Assembly: GCA_039026015.1 (NCBI GenBank)
Contig: JBCCNE010000001.1
Coordinates: 5,989 to 69,988 of the forward strand
DNA: 64,000 nucleotides
Direction: 5' to 3'
Origin: Cyanobacteria bacterium P01_C01_bin.70
GTDB lineage: Bacteria; Cyanobacteriota; Cyanobacteriia; Phormidesmidales; Phormidesmidaceae
Position 1 is the stretch's first letter. Each line of letters begins with the position of its first letter. This document shows, piece after piece, positions 1-9,629 of the stretch. The translations under genes were made by a program, and so were the position numbers. The notes under the pieces are model-generated. The model made no database searches. It worked only from the letters and a program-made list of their open reading frames with translations, and was not told the DNA's origin.

Positions 1-297
1 TCGTAGACCTGCTGTGTCTGCTCGCGCTTTATCCAGCGCTGGTAAGTGTTGGTATGGACTTCTACGCTATTCCCCATCTGTCTTTCTGATAGCTCCACAG
101 ACCAGCGATACAACAGGGTTCGGATAGCCCAAGCATGGCGCAAGTCATAGGGGGTAAAAGGCAACTTTGGTGAGAGGTAATGAGATACTGAAGTCCCTCT
201 TTTTTCGTTTGATCGATGGAGCTGCACTCGTGGAAGCTGGCGATCTTGTAACTGCCATGCTTTAGACCATTCAGGGTAACAGGGCCACACTTCCCTT
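1..297 (-). pseudogene. C-terminal fragment of a XisA/XisC-like tyrosine recombinase
   Basis: Manual translation gives REVWPCYPEW...PFTPYDLRHAWAIR...QMGNSVEVHTNTYQRWI (HxxxR box, catalytic Tyr; box II His replaced by Asn). No N-terminal part upstream. Confidence 0.8.
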
Positions 298-647
298 AAT
301 TTGATCTCTGTATATCCAGCAGTGGCTTGTTTTCAGTTTGCACCTAAAAATTGGGGCTAGTTTAGAGGCTAAATATCGCTCGGCACGAAGATTCTCAGCC
401 CTGCTGATTTACCTTGATTGCCTTCGCCGGACATAAGGCGGCTCACTCACCGGCCAGGGCTTCAGCGCCGCGATCCCTGCTTGCAAGGGAATCCAGGCTA
501 AGTCTGCCTGCCGTTTCCCGTCATTTCCCACCCCTGGGCTAAAACCCGATGCGTTACTTTCTTGACCAGCCTTAAGAGAGCTTAAGGTCGCTTGCCTTAC
601 TATTGAGATACCCTCGACTCCAGCGCCATGCCGCCGATTCAACCTTG

Positions 648-902
648 ATGACCCTCACTCTAGATCTCCCACCCCAAATTGAAACCCTACTCCGCCAACG
701 GGCTGAAGCCACCGGGCAAGACATGCAACACATTGCGATCGCGGTACTCACCTTGGGCCTAAGCCTGGATGACGAAGACTTCTTTGCCGCCATTGAGGGG
801 ATTCAGCAGGGTCTTAATGACTTTGAGCAAGGGCACTTTTCCAGCTTTGAAGATTTCATCACAGAGCAAAATACAAAGCATGGCCTGACCCTGGAAGCAT
901 GA
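648..902 (+). CDS. Putative type II TA antitoxin
   Basis: Small acidic protein (MTLTLDLPPQIETLLRQRAEATG...IQQGLNDFEQG), ATGA overlap with the downstream toxin; start moved to ATG 648. Confidence 0.7.
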   Translation: MTLTLDLPPQIETLLRQRAEATGQDMQHIAIAVLTLGLSLDDEDFFAAIEGIQQGLNDFEQGHFSSFEDFITEQNTKHGLTLEA

Positions 903-1228
903 CCTACCGGATTGATCTTTCTAGTGTTGCCAAAGCCGAGGCTGACGCAGCTTTTCTTAGCTTTGCCCAGTACACCACCGATGAACGTGCTCAGGAGTGG
1001 TATCAAGGGCTGATCAAAGCAATTTCTGGACTCCAAATCATGCCCCGGCGCTGCTCTATCGCTCGCGAGAACGCCTTCTTCAGCCAGGAGATTCGCCAAC
1101 TACTTTACGGCAAGGGCAAACATCGCTACCGCATCCTCTTTACCGTCCTTGATAACCCACCCACCCCCAGCGTAAGAATTTTGCATATCAGGAATGTGGC
1201 TCAGAAGACACTTGGTGAGCCTGAATAG
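899..1228 (+). CDS. RelE/ParE-family toxin
   Basis: MTYRIDLSSVAKAE...YRILFTV...VRILHIR pattern, 109 aa, coupled to the antitoxin. Confidence 0.85.
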   Translation: MTYRIDLSSVAKAEADAAFLSFAQYTTDERAQEWYQGLIKAISGLQIMPRRCSIARENAFFSQEIRQLLYGKGKHRYRILFTVLDNPPTPSVRILHIRNVAQKTLGEPE

Positions 1229-1345
1229 TTAGAGCAATAAGGGATTTACATTCAATTTGAAGGGTATGCAGATGGAGAATGGCTAACGAATGCCTGGGGT
1301 ACTGCGATACCTAGAACAGGTGAACTTCTCGATCTCTGAAACGTA

Positions 1346-1394
1346 TGCCAGGAGGCGGGCTTGAACCGCCGATACGAAGATTTTCAGTCCTCTG
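1346..1394 (-). other. 3' fragment of tRNA-Phe(GAA), att-like, overlapping the integrase stop codon
   Basis: Minus strand CAGAGGACTGAAAATCTTCGTATCGGCGGTTCAAGCCCGCCTCCTGGCA: anticodon arm, GTTCAA T-loop and acceptor 3' strand; no D-arm or 5' half. Confidence 0.8.
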
Positions 1395-2473
1395 TTGTAG
1401 GGGGCCGGGGACGATCGCTCCCATTCACCCCCTTCTGATAAATCTGCCAGTAAACCCCCGCATCAATCCACCGTCGATATGTCCGACAGTGAACATCTGG
1501 CGAGTGCCCCATCATTTTGGCCCCAAACTCCGGTGAGTAGCCAAACTCAAAGCACCGCCGCGCATAGCTGTGGCGCAAATCGTAGGCATCACACGGCATC
1601 CGTTCAAAAAACTTCGCAGTCTTTGTCCCTAGCTGGCCATTGGTGTAGTTTGGGATATCTACAAGCGGTGGCAGTATTCGCTCACTCAACTCCCATCTTT
1701 CAGCCCACTCCGGGTACAGGGGCCAGCAAAATCTAGCCCCGGTTTTTGTGTCTGGCGGCACCCGCACAGTCGGGAAATCGGTCAAGTCGATTTTGTACGC
1801 TTCATGCCCCCCGCAATCCGTAGGCGGCAAGGATGCCAAACAACCAGCGCCACCCAGGGTCTTTAATGCTGGCTCGCATCGTAGCGATCGCCTTATCAGT
1901 TGGTAAATCCCTCGGGTCTACTTCACTAGCTGAATAACTCCCCTTCAAGCCCTTTAGATCGTCTGTAGACAAGTTTGCGTACGCCGCCAACTGTCGAAAG
2001 GCATTGTATGCCCGTAACTGTGCCCGGCTATTAGGTCTCGCCTGTTTTACTCCTTCCAGGGTCTGCCTCAACAGCTCTGCCGTTAGGGGCGCGTTTTGAG
2101 GCAGCTTATTAAAGGGTTGCTGATAATCCGTGCGCCAGGTCAGGTCAGCCCCTTCAAATTGTGTACAAAACCTTTTAACCCAGTCTCGGACGGTTTCTGC
2201 ACTCTCACCCCGATACTCAGCCCAATCAAATGAGCCAGCTTCTAGTGCCGTTCCTGCTTCCTTAGCTCGCAGCTCTGCCACAGACAGCCCGCGTGGGTTG
2301 GCTGGCAACTTTAGCGCTACTCGCTGCTGATAGGATTTATCTTTCGTGCTCCCAGGTGCGGGGGGAAACGTACCTTGCAAGTAAAGCCTCTGGCCAATCT
2401 GTTGCACCCTCACAGGGATTCTCGCAGCCCTCAGCCGCCCGTTGCAGCGGTGTAACCGCTCTCGAAAATCCAT
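1384..2473 (-). pseudogene. XisA/XisC-like tyrosine integrase, frameshifted
   Basis: N-terminus RLYLQGTFPP...LKLPANPRGL..AE; box I AYGLRG[fs]HEAY; YDLRHSYARR; MGHSPDVHCRTY. One extra base in the C6 run 1807-1812 joins ORFs 1802-2614 and 1384-1839. Confidence 0.88.
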
Positions 2474-2605
2474 GCTTAAAATTGCCCTTAAAATCGGCCT
2501 TTCATTATCCCCTGTCTGCAACAATCGGCAACAATACCCAAAAGTACAAAAGCGCTGAACCCCTGAAGATTCAACGCTTTTAGCGAAAATATCGCAACCC
2601 AACAA

Positions 2606-2653
2606 AGGCGACACCCGGATTCGAACCGGGGAATGGAGGTTTTGCAGACCTCT
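2606..2653 (-). other. 3' fragment of tRNA-Cys(GCA), att-like island boundary
   Basis: Minus strand AGAGGTCTGCAAAACCTCCATTCCCCGGTTCGAATCCGGGTGTCGCCT; 5' half absent; TTACCCCAA direct repeats (2699, 2710) nearby. Confidence 0.88.
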
Positions 2654-2739
2654 ATAAACCCTTACTTTTCAAGGCTTTCAGCGTAGTGCCTTTTCAATTT
2701 ACCCCAAACTTACCCCAATGGCTTCACAAACATAGGATA

Positions 2740-3110
2740 GAGCTGGTTTTATCCCTCCTACAAAGGGCACGTACTTGACGAGTTCCTGCGTCAGGATAGT
2801 CCGGTTGAAGCTGACGGCATTTCCGCAAATCTGGCCCCCATAATGGATGAGTCGCGGGTGTTCCCTTCTTATCTTACGCCGCACTACATGGAGCACATCC
2901 ACTTGATAGGGCTACTTGGTTCCACCGCAGGGCGATCGCCTCCGACACGCGAAAGCCATGGCCATATATGATCATGATCAGCGTCGCATCACGATGACCG
3001 TGCCGACCAATTTTCTTCGCGGCTTGGATATGCTAATCGACTTCGTCGGGAGTGAGGTGCTCCCGCGATCTCCCGTCCTCAATTTTTAGGTTTGCGCGGT
3101 GGCAAGTTAG
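2740..3110 (-). pseudogene. Degraded FimB/FimE-like tyrosine recombinase
   Basis: Manual translation across stops and frameshifts: PPRKPKN / SREHLTPDEVD*HIQAAKKIGRHGHRDATLIMIIYGHGFRVSEAIALRWNQV / LHVVRRK / GTPATHPLWGPDLR. Boundaries approximate. Confidence 0.8.
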
Positions 3111-3284
3111 TAGTCACTTCTAAATTTGCCGAAAATGATGCTTGGGCGGTTTCGTCTAACATGTCTCTAAAGATTGAAGCGTCGTTGTCGAATTCAGTAG
3201 ACTTTTCCAAAAAAGAGTCTTTTCGAAAAGAACGTCACATCTCGTAAACAGTCTGACATTGGAATTTGCACATGATCAACAGAA

Positions 3285-6200
3285 CTATTTGTCAGGTAAG
3301 TCATCAATCGCCCCTAAACTCGCTAAAAGCCTTTTGTCAAACTTCATTATTCCAGTTACTCCTGAGATGTTAGTTCCTTCATAGGGTCTCGGTGGTTGTA
3401 AGACAGAAATGCATTTGTAATCTGACGTTCGCCAAATCTTTATAAGTCCATCCTCACTGGCGCTTATTAAGATTGCTCCATTCTGAGAAAAACGAACTGA
3501 GCCAACCTTACCTCTATGCATTTCTTTCTCGTCATCCTCGCCAATAATACGAATGCATTCATGACTTTCTAAATCCCAAATCCGAATAGTCTTATCATTG
3601 CTAGCACTAGCCAGAACTGACATATCGGGATGAAAGATGACTGAGTTTACTTGATTTTCGTGTCCTTCAAGGCAAGCAATAGAACTTAAGTCATTTGACC
3701 TCCATAAGCGAATAAGTTTATCTTTTCCGCCACTTGCAATAATTCTAGAATCTGGCGAGAAGGTAACTATTGATATCTTTTTTACTGCTATTTTCCCTAA
3801 GAAAGATCTCTTTGGAAAGTCCCAAAGCCTGACTGTTTCATCGGAGCTAGCACTAGCTAATAATTTTCCGCTCCGGGAAAATGACAAGGATTTAATTGTT
3901 TTGGTATGGCCTAATAGCTCGGTTGTAAAACTTCGTTTTTTCAGATCCCAGATCCTAATGCAAGAATCACTCCCTGCTGAAACGAGAAAATCTCCATCAA
4001 TAGAGAAAGTTAAGCAAAGACAGTTCGCATATCCAGGGTTTTTTACAAACTGAATAGACGAACCTCCATCTTCCAAATCCCAGAGAATGATTTCTCCATT
4101 ATCAGAGCTACTTGCCAAGATATTATTGTTGGGATGAATGGCTATTGAATTTATATAGTCTGTATGTCCAGATAAGTTTTGTACAACTTCCTCGCGACTT
4201 AAGCTCCATACACGAATAGACATGTCTTCGTATGCACTAGCAATTAAATCTTGATTTGAGAGTGTTTCAACAGCATAAGTTGCGTTACTGTAACCTTTGA
4301 AAGTTTGGGTGCATTTTTTAGCTTGGATATCCCAAAACTTAATAGTGCAGTCGAAGCTTCCACTAACCAATAAACTGCTAGTCGAATCAAAGCTTAAAGC
4401 ATGAACAGAGTTTCTATGGCCTTTAAAGACATGCTCACACTTGAAATCCTCGACATTCCAAAGACGTATAGTGTTGTCGTCGCCACTGCTCACCATCTTT
4501 CTCTTATCTGGGCTAAATGCAATAGCATGAACATGTTGAGTATGCCCTGAAAGCTGTTTGCAAAAATGTTTGCTGTCCAAATTCCAAATCCAAATAACTC
4601 CGTCACTTCCTCCTGCCGCCAAAATATTTAGGTCTTCATTGAAGGCCAAAGAAAAAATCCGCCCTGTTGGCTGTAAGAAGCTATGAACACATTTTTGTTT
4701 TTTGATGTCCCACAGCTTTATATAATTGAAGCCTCCTCCGGCCAAGAGATTACCGTTTGCATGAAAAGCCAAGCAACAAAACCAGCTATCCTTCTCTTTG
4801 AAGCTATGAACACACTTATGATTGGAAACATCCCAAATTCTTACTGTCTTATCAGAACTACAGCTTGCTAATTTAGAACCATCTTGGTTGAAAACTAGGC
4901 TTGAGATAGCCTCAGTGTGTCCTGTAAAGAAGTGTGTAACTGTGGATGGACCTAGAGTTTCTAAGTTGTAAAGTTTGATTTGATATCCGTCATCTCCTGT
5001 CGCCAAGAAACTATTATCCTGTGTAAAGTCCAAGGTGTTTATCCAAGTGGCAAGATTTGTGGAAAACACTGAGATGCCCCATTTCTCTAGCTTGATGTAT
5101 GACTTCTTGTTTGGGAAACGCCAAATACAAGTCATTCCCTTATTGCCACCTGCTGCCAGAAATTTACCGTTTTTACTGAATTTTATGCAGCTTATAGAAC
5201 CAAAATCAAAATGAACTCTATATTTTCTGAAATCAGCCTTTTGAAAATTCAAGCCGTGAAGCTCAGAATTTCCAAGATAAGCCTGTAAAATTACTAACTC
5301 AGAGAAGTCTTTAAAGTCATACTTCGTAGAGCCTGAATAAAATAAGAGGTTAAATAGATTTCCTGCATAGTAGCCTTTCGCTAATGTTGGTTGTTCTTTC
5401 AAATGCCTTCTGAAGGAATCTAGTAAAGTCTTGCCATGCTGCTCGAAATATTCTTTTGTCGGCTTAAGTATCAATAGAGCCTGAGTTTCTCTTACATAAT
5501 CCTTAGCTGTAGCTTTAAGTAGAGCATGGCTGTTCAAAAGAATAATTTCCTGACTGTCGATTTCGGTTTTCACTTTGGTCGTCAGCCTTTCGGTAACATA
5601 CTCCATAATTACATTTTGAAGAGTAAAACCTTCTTTTCTAACCTCAACTAAAGATCGTCTTTTCAGTGAATCCAGATTTTCTAATATGTTTTGACTGATG
5701 TCTTCTTCGATTAAATCTTCTTTTAGCTCTTCAATCGATGTCACGTCTCGATTGATGGCCAACCAATATAGTATTGATTGTCCTGCTTTTGTTAGCCTCT
5801 CAAATTGTTGATCAAGTAAATCATAAATATCACCAAAGATTCCTGATCCTTGCTTCAGAAAAGTATCCGTGTTCCCGCTGAAAAGATCGCGGATAATATT
5901 GGCAACGATCTTAAGGGCTAAGGGATTACCACTGTAATAGTTAAATACTTGTCTCCATGAGGACTCTTTACGATCTATCCCTTCTGCTTTTAGAAATTCT
6001 TGACCTGAAAACTCCTCCAGACCTTGCAAAACATAAGATCGCACTGGGCTACTCCGGCCCTCTAATCTTGCTAGTTCTTTAGGCTTCTCCCTACTTGTCA
6101 GGACTATGCAGCTCTGATGTCGTGCCTCTCCCACTCGCTGGATCAGGGTGCTGTAGCCTTCATAGCCATCACGATACTGCCCAGCACGGGCATTACCCGC

Positions 6201-6878
6201 TAGAACTGACTCCGCATTATCCAATATCACTAAACATCGTGCCTGATTTAGATAATGCACAAGCCTTGTTGAGGCATCCGCAATAGCTTCTGGTAAATCG
6301 GCTTCCTGCTGGTCTGATAGAAACCTGACGACTTCTCCCAATATCTTTTCCACTGGAGGTGCCTCTCGCAAGCTGCACCAAATAACGTATTGAAACTCTG
6401 CCTGAACACTCTCTACGAGCCTTACTGATAAGGCTGTTTTGCCCATGCCGCCCATCCCGATCAGGCCGATCAGGCGACATTTGTCTTCCAGAACCCATTG
6501 CCGTAGTAGCAGCATTTCTGCTTCCCGACCGTAAAAAATGGAGGCATCTGGGGCTTCTAAGAGGTCGATTTTTGGAGTTCGATCGCGCCACTTCTGTTGC
6601 GGAAGCTCTGCTGTAGTTACTTCTGGCACTCCATAGTCGGCGGCCTCCAGGGTTAACTCAAACGCTCGAAACAAATCTTCGATTTTTGATCTATCTACTC
6701 CGGCCTGAGCTTGGCAAATCTTTTTGATGGTCTTGGTACTGAGGTACGATCGCTCCTCTAGCTCAGCTTGAGTGAAGCGCTTGCCATCCTTCTCCCGTTC
6801 TTGGGCTGCTGCGATCGCAGCTTCTAACCTTTCTTTGCCGTGATTGGTGAGAACGACACCACGTTGACGCTTGCTCAT
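3285..6878 (-). CDS. HTH-NB-ARC(STAND)-WD40 repeat protein
   Basis: N-terminal HTH-like (FTQAELEERSYLSTKTIKKI), Walker A GMGGMGKT, Walker B LVILDNAE, LTSRE, GNPLAL, many GH...WD repeats, RPYEGTNI tail. Start at ATG 6878 by similarity to the paralogue. Confidence 0.93.
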   Translation of the reverse strand: MSKRQRGVVLTNHGKERLEAAIAAAQEREKDGKRFTQAELEERSYLSTKTIKKICQAQAGVDRSKIEDLFRAFELTLEAADYGVPEVTTAELPQQKWRDRTPKIDLLEAPDASIFYGREAEMLLLRQWVLEDKCRLIGLIGMGGMGKTALSVRLVESVQAEFQYVIWCSLREAPPVEKILGEVVRFLSDQQEADLPEAIADASTRLVHYLNQARCLVILDNAESVLAGNARAGQYRDGYEGYSTLIQRVGEARHQSCIVLTSREKPKELARLEGRSSPVRSYVLQGLEEFSGQEFLKAEGIDRKESSWRQVFNYYSGNPLALKIVANIIRDLFSGNTDTFLKQGSGIFGDIYDLLDQQFERLTKAGQSILYWLAINRDVTSIEELKEDLIEEDISQNILENLDSLKRRSLVEVRKEGFTLQNVIMEYVTERLTTKVKTEIDSQEIILLNSHALLKATAKDYVRETQALLILKPTKEYFEQHGKTLLDSFRRHLKEQPTLAKGYYAGNLFNLLFYSGSTKYDFKDFSELVILQAYLGNSELHGLNFQKADFRKYRVHFDFGSISCIKFSKNGKFLAAGGNKGMTCIWRFPNKKSYIKLEKWGISVFSTNLATWINTLDFTQDNSFLATGDDGYQIKLYNLETLGPSTVTHFFTGHTEAISSLVFNQDGSKLASCSSDKTVRIWDVSNHKCVHSFKEKDSWFCCLAFHANGNLLAGGGFNYIKLWDIKKQKCVHSFLQPTGRIFSLAFNEDLNILAAGGSDGVIWIWNLDSKHFCKQLSGHTQHVHAIAFSPDKRKMVSSGDDNTIRLWNVEDFKCEHVFKGHRNSVHALSFDSTSSLLVSGSFDCTIKFWDIQAKKCTQTFKGYSNATYAVETLSNQDLIASAYEDMSIRVWSLSREEVVQNLSGHTDYINSIAIHPNNNILASSSDNGEIILWDLEDGGSSIQFVKNPGYANCLCLTFSIDGDFLVSAGSDSCIRIWDLKKRSFTTELLGHTKTIKSLSFSRSGKLLASASSDETVRLWDFPKRSFLGKIAVKKISIVTFSPDSRIIASGGKDKLIRLWRSNDLSSIACLEGHENQVNSVIFHPDMSVLASASNDKTIRIWDLESHECIRIIGEDDEKEMHRGKVGSVRFSQNGAILISASEDGLIKIWRTSDYKCISVLQPPRPYEGTNISGVTGIMKFDKRLLASLGAIDDLPDK

Positions 6879-7129
6879 AGGACTGGGGGCAGATGACGAC
6901 ACAGGAGAATCAGAAAGTTAGCGGAAAGTTCTGCGTGCTTGCATCGACTATATTCGATCTTTCTAGAAAGTGCCTAGACGCTGAAACTCATATAAATAGA
7001 GCGTTACGTCCAGCACAAAGTAGTCTGTGAAAAGTTTCTACCAACTTTCGCTTAAGGCACTCAAGTTTCCTGGTGGAATCGTGGCGGTTTTTCAATACTG
7101 GCCTCATGTTCAGCTTTGAGGAAACCGTC
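6879..7129. promoter_or_regulatory. Divergent promoter with GAAAGTT direct repeats (6913, 6924) and AAAGTT-N6-AACTTT palindrome (7031-7048)
   Basis: The same motifs, in the same order, recur at 13224-13456. Confidence 0.65.
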
Positions 7130-7516
7130 ATGTTGAAATCAACCGTTTTAGAATTAGGCACGTTTGCGCTGCTCTCGCCTGTCAGCGCCGCTGTGATGCC
7201 GGTGGCACTGGCTCAAACACCTCCGGCTCCATTGGTAACTGAGATTTGCGGCGTCGATAAGTCGTGGACGGCAGGATTCCGCATTGGTGAGACAGTACCG
7301 CTTGATCCTAGCCAGTATCACCGGGCGGTGACGATCACAAAAACGCCGCTACGAGTCGGTTACGGCTTTGAGGGGCCAGTCATCGCTGACTTGGCAGTGG
7401 GGGCTCAAGTCACCGTCATGGGCGAAGTCTGGGATATGGGCTGTAACCAATGGATGGTAGTTCCCACGGATGGGGGCGTCGCCTACGTCCACAGCAATGC
7501 TTTGCAGAACCTCTAA
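7130..7516 (+). CDS. Secreted protein with C-terminal SH3b-like domain
   Basis: Signal-peptide-like N-terminus (ALA|Q); LRVGYGFEGPVIADLAVGAQVTV...W..V..GGVAYV; GAGGA RBS before ATG 7130. Confidence 0.65.
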   Translation: MLKSTVLELGTFALLSPVSAAVMPVALAQTPPAPLVTEICGVDKSWTAGFRIGETVPLDPSQYHRAVTITKTPLRVGYGFEGPVIADLAVGAQVTVMGEVWDMGCNQWMVVPTDGGVAYVHSNALQNL

Positions 7517-7607
7517 TCCAGATTCATGGGGGGCAGTACAGTCGATGCCCTCCCAGCTTTCTTCAACTAGCGAACCGCTACAGGCATCAGCTCAAGGAGT
7601 AAACACC

Positions 7608-7844
7608 ATGATGCGACAACAGCATTCCTACAGTTGGCTCTTTAAGGCAGCCACGAAATCGTTGAAGTACTTTTTACTGGGGTTGGCCGGTTGCACGGTG
7701 ACGTATGTATTGGCTCAGGTGCTCAGCTTTGGAGGCCTCGCCAGCCTGATGGTTTTGCTGTTAGAAAAGCTAGCGCTGCGGGCGTTGGTGGTGGTGTTCT
7801 GCTTGTGGGCGATCGCCGTCATCACCGAATCTCTCCGAAATTAA
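7608..7844 (+). CDS. Small membrane protein (2-3 TM)
   Basis: AAGGAG RBS, hydrophobic segments. Confidence 0.65.
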   Translation: MMRQQHSYSWLFKAATKSLKYFLLGLAGCTVTYVLAQVLSFGGLASLMVLLLEKLALRALVVVFCLWAIAVITESLRN

Positions 7845-8141
7845 AGCCCGTTATCTCAGGGGGCTACCATTGCTGTTCAATTTTGAGGTGCTTATGAATC
7901 GCTCACTGCGGCAATATCCCCAAACAGTTAAACTCCTCGTGGTCATCGATTGCGAGAGTCCTAACCCTCGGTCGTTAGCGAAGCCTGTCACAACTCGTTC
8001 AGCGCCTGATCCAGATCTTGAAGCCCTATGGCTGTTGGAATTATTGATGCGTCCAGCGTAGTTGCTTGAACTCAGCCCATGCGTCTGAATCAATAGTAGA
8101 ACGCCTAGAATGAGGGAACTGTCACTGTGACGAACGAACCG

Positions 8142-8723
8142 ATGGCGATCGCCACTCAACGCTTCACATTAGAAGACTATCTGGCCTATGACGATGGCAG
8201 CGACGTTCGCTATGAGTTGGTGAATGGAGAGCTGCTGCCGATGAGTTTAGGGACGGGTCGCCACGGAGCTATCATCAAGCGGTTGGAGCGCATCTTGGAT
8301 GATGAGATTGAGCGTTTACAGCAGCCCTGGATTGCGCTGGCGGGAACGGTCGGCTTGCAGTCGCCTCGGGGGGAAGCTTGGGATACGGTGCGCATTCCGG
8401 ATGTGACGGTGCTGACGCTAGAGCAATGGGAGACATTGCAAGAGCGGGAAGCAGTAATTCGCCTGAATGAGCCACCACCGTTGCTGGTGGTGGAGGTAGT
8501 CAGCGAGTCTACCAAGAGCACGGACTATCGGGCAAAGCGGGCGGAGTATAGCGTGTTGGATATTCCGGAATACTGGATCTGTGACCCGCTGAAGGAGGTG
8601 GTGACGGTGTGTACGCTGTTGGAGGGATGGTATGAAACAGCAGAACTCGCTGAAGAACTCCCTATTGAATCACCGTTGTTTTCAGAATTGCGGGTGACCA
8701 ATCGAAAAATACTGAAGTCGTAA
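8142..8723 (+). CDS. Uma2-family (PD-(D/E)XK) putative endonuclease
   Basis: RYELVNGEL, RIPDV, PLLVVEVVS, DYRAKRAEY, IPEYWICDP. Confidence 0.92.
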   Translation: MAIATQRFTLEDYLAYDDGSDVRYELVNGELLPMSLGTGRHGAIIKRLERILDDEIERLQQPWIALAGTVGLQSPRGEAWDTVRIPDVTVLTLEQWETLQEREAVIRLNEPPPLLVVEVVSESTKSTDYRAKRAEYSVLDIPEYWICDPLKEVVTVCTLLEGWYETAELAEELPIESPLFSELRVTNRKILKS

Positions 8724-8729
8724 AATCCT

Positions 8730-9036
8730 TCACTCGTCAACTTCAAATATGGCTGTCAAATCTTGATAACCACTGACGACTCGAAAAACTTCGATCGCAT
8801 CATCCAGTAAACGGTAGAAAATCAGGTATTGCTTGTAAGGCAAGCTCCGCAGATTTAGGATAGAGTTCATCCCGCTTACGGCCAATTTGAGGGAATTGAG
8901 CAATCCGCTGGAGTACCGAATCAATACCACTCAAGAATGTTTCTGCCCGGTCGAGGCTGCTGTGGGTGGCGAGGTAGTCTGTAATGTCCTCAATATCCTG
9001 ACTGGCGCGAGGGGTAATGCGGCAGACTCGACTCAT
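8730..9036 (-). pseudogene. ParE-family toxin, frameshifted
   Basis: ITPRASQDIEDITDY...FPQIGRKRDELYP[fs]NLRSLPYKQYLIFYR...VFRVVSG; one extra A (TTT at 8854-8856 on +). Confidence 0.85.
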
Positions 9037-9296
9037 GGCTCAGCGTGGCGACTGCGAAGATGCTGACGAATGACGTCAATTTCGGTGGAGGCTTCTAGCA
9101 ATTCGCCGCGCTCAGCTTCATGGGCACCCAGCAAGACTTCGTCACGCAGTTCTTCAAAACGTCCCTGATAAATCTGCTCGCGCTCAGCCAAGGCCTGCAA
9201 TCCTGCTAGCAAGATGTCATCTAGAGAAGCGAATTTGCCGCTAGCGATTTGGCGATCAGCGAACTGTTGGAGCTCAGGGGTGAGTGAGAGTGCCAT
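9033..9296 (-). CDS. ParD-like antitoxin
   Basis: LTPELQQFADRQIASGKFASLDDILLAGL; ATGA coupling to the parE-like gene. Confidence 0.85.
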   Translation of the reverse strand: MALSLTPELQQFADRQIASGKFASLDDILLAGLQALAEREQIYQGRFEELRDEVLLGAHEAERGELLEASTEIDVIRQHLRSRHAEP

Positions 9297-9353
9297 TGGT
9301 TTACTGAAACAGGTATCTTTAAGTCGCTACCAGTTTAGCTTACTGATTAAATG

Positions 9354-9616
9354 CGCCTGAATGAGCCGCCGCCGTTGCTGGGGTGGAGGTGGTGAGCGAG
9401 TCTACGAAGAGCACGGACTATCGGGCGAAGCGGGCAGAGTATAGCGTGTTGGATATTCCGGAATACTGGATATGTGACCCGCTGAAGGAAATGGTGACGG
9501 TGTGTACGCTACTGGAGGGGTGGTATGAGGCGGCGGAATACACAGGGAAAAGTCAAATCGAGCCGCTAATTTTTTCGGATTTAGGGTTAGGCGCTGAGAA
9601 GATCTTACAAGGATAG
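9354..9616 (+). pseudogene. 3' partial copy of the Uma2 gene (direct repeat of about 8460-8645)
   Basis: Near-identical DNA (CGCCTGAATGAGCC...GGTATGA), a different final ~25 aa, no 5' half, 1-nt deletion near 9382. Confidence 0.85.
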
Positions 9617-9629
9617 CCCATTTAGATTT

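Noticed and set aside
1384-2473. Integrase as the protelomerase for the hairpin
   Set aside because: It has a XisA/XisC-type N-terminus, sits between tRNA att fragments, is frameshifted and lies 31 kb from the apex
1346-2653. Functional tRNA-Phe and tRNA-Cys genes
   Set aside because: Both lack the 5' acceptor strand and D-arm
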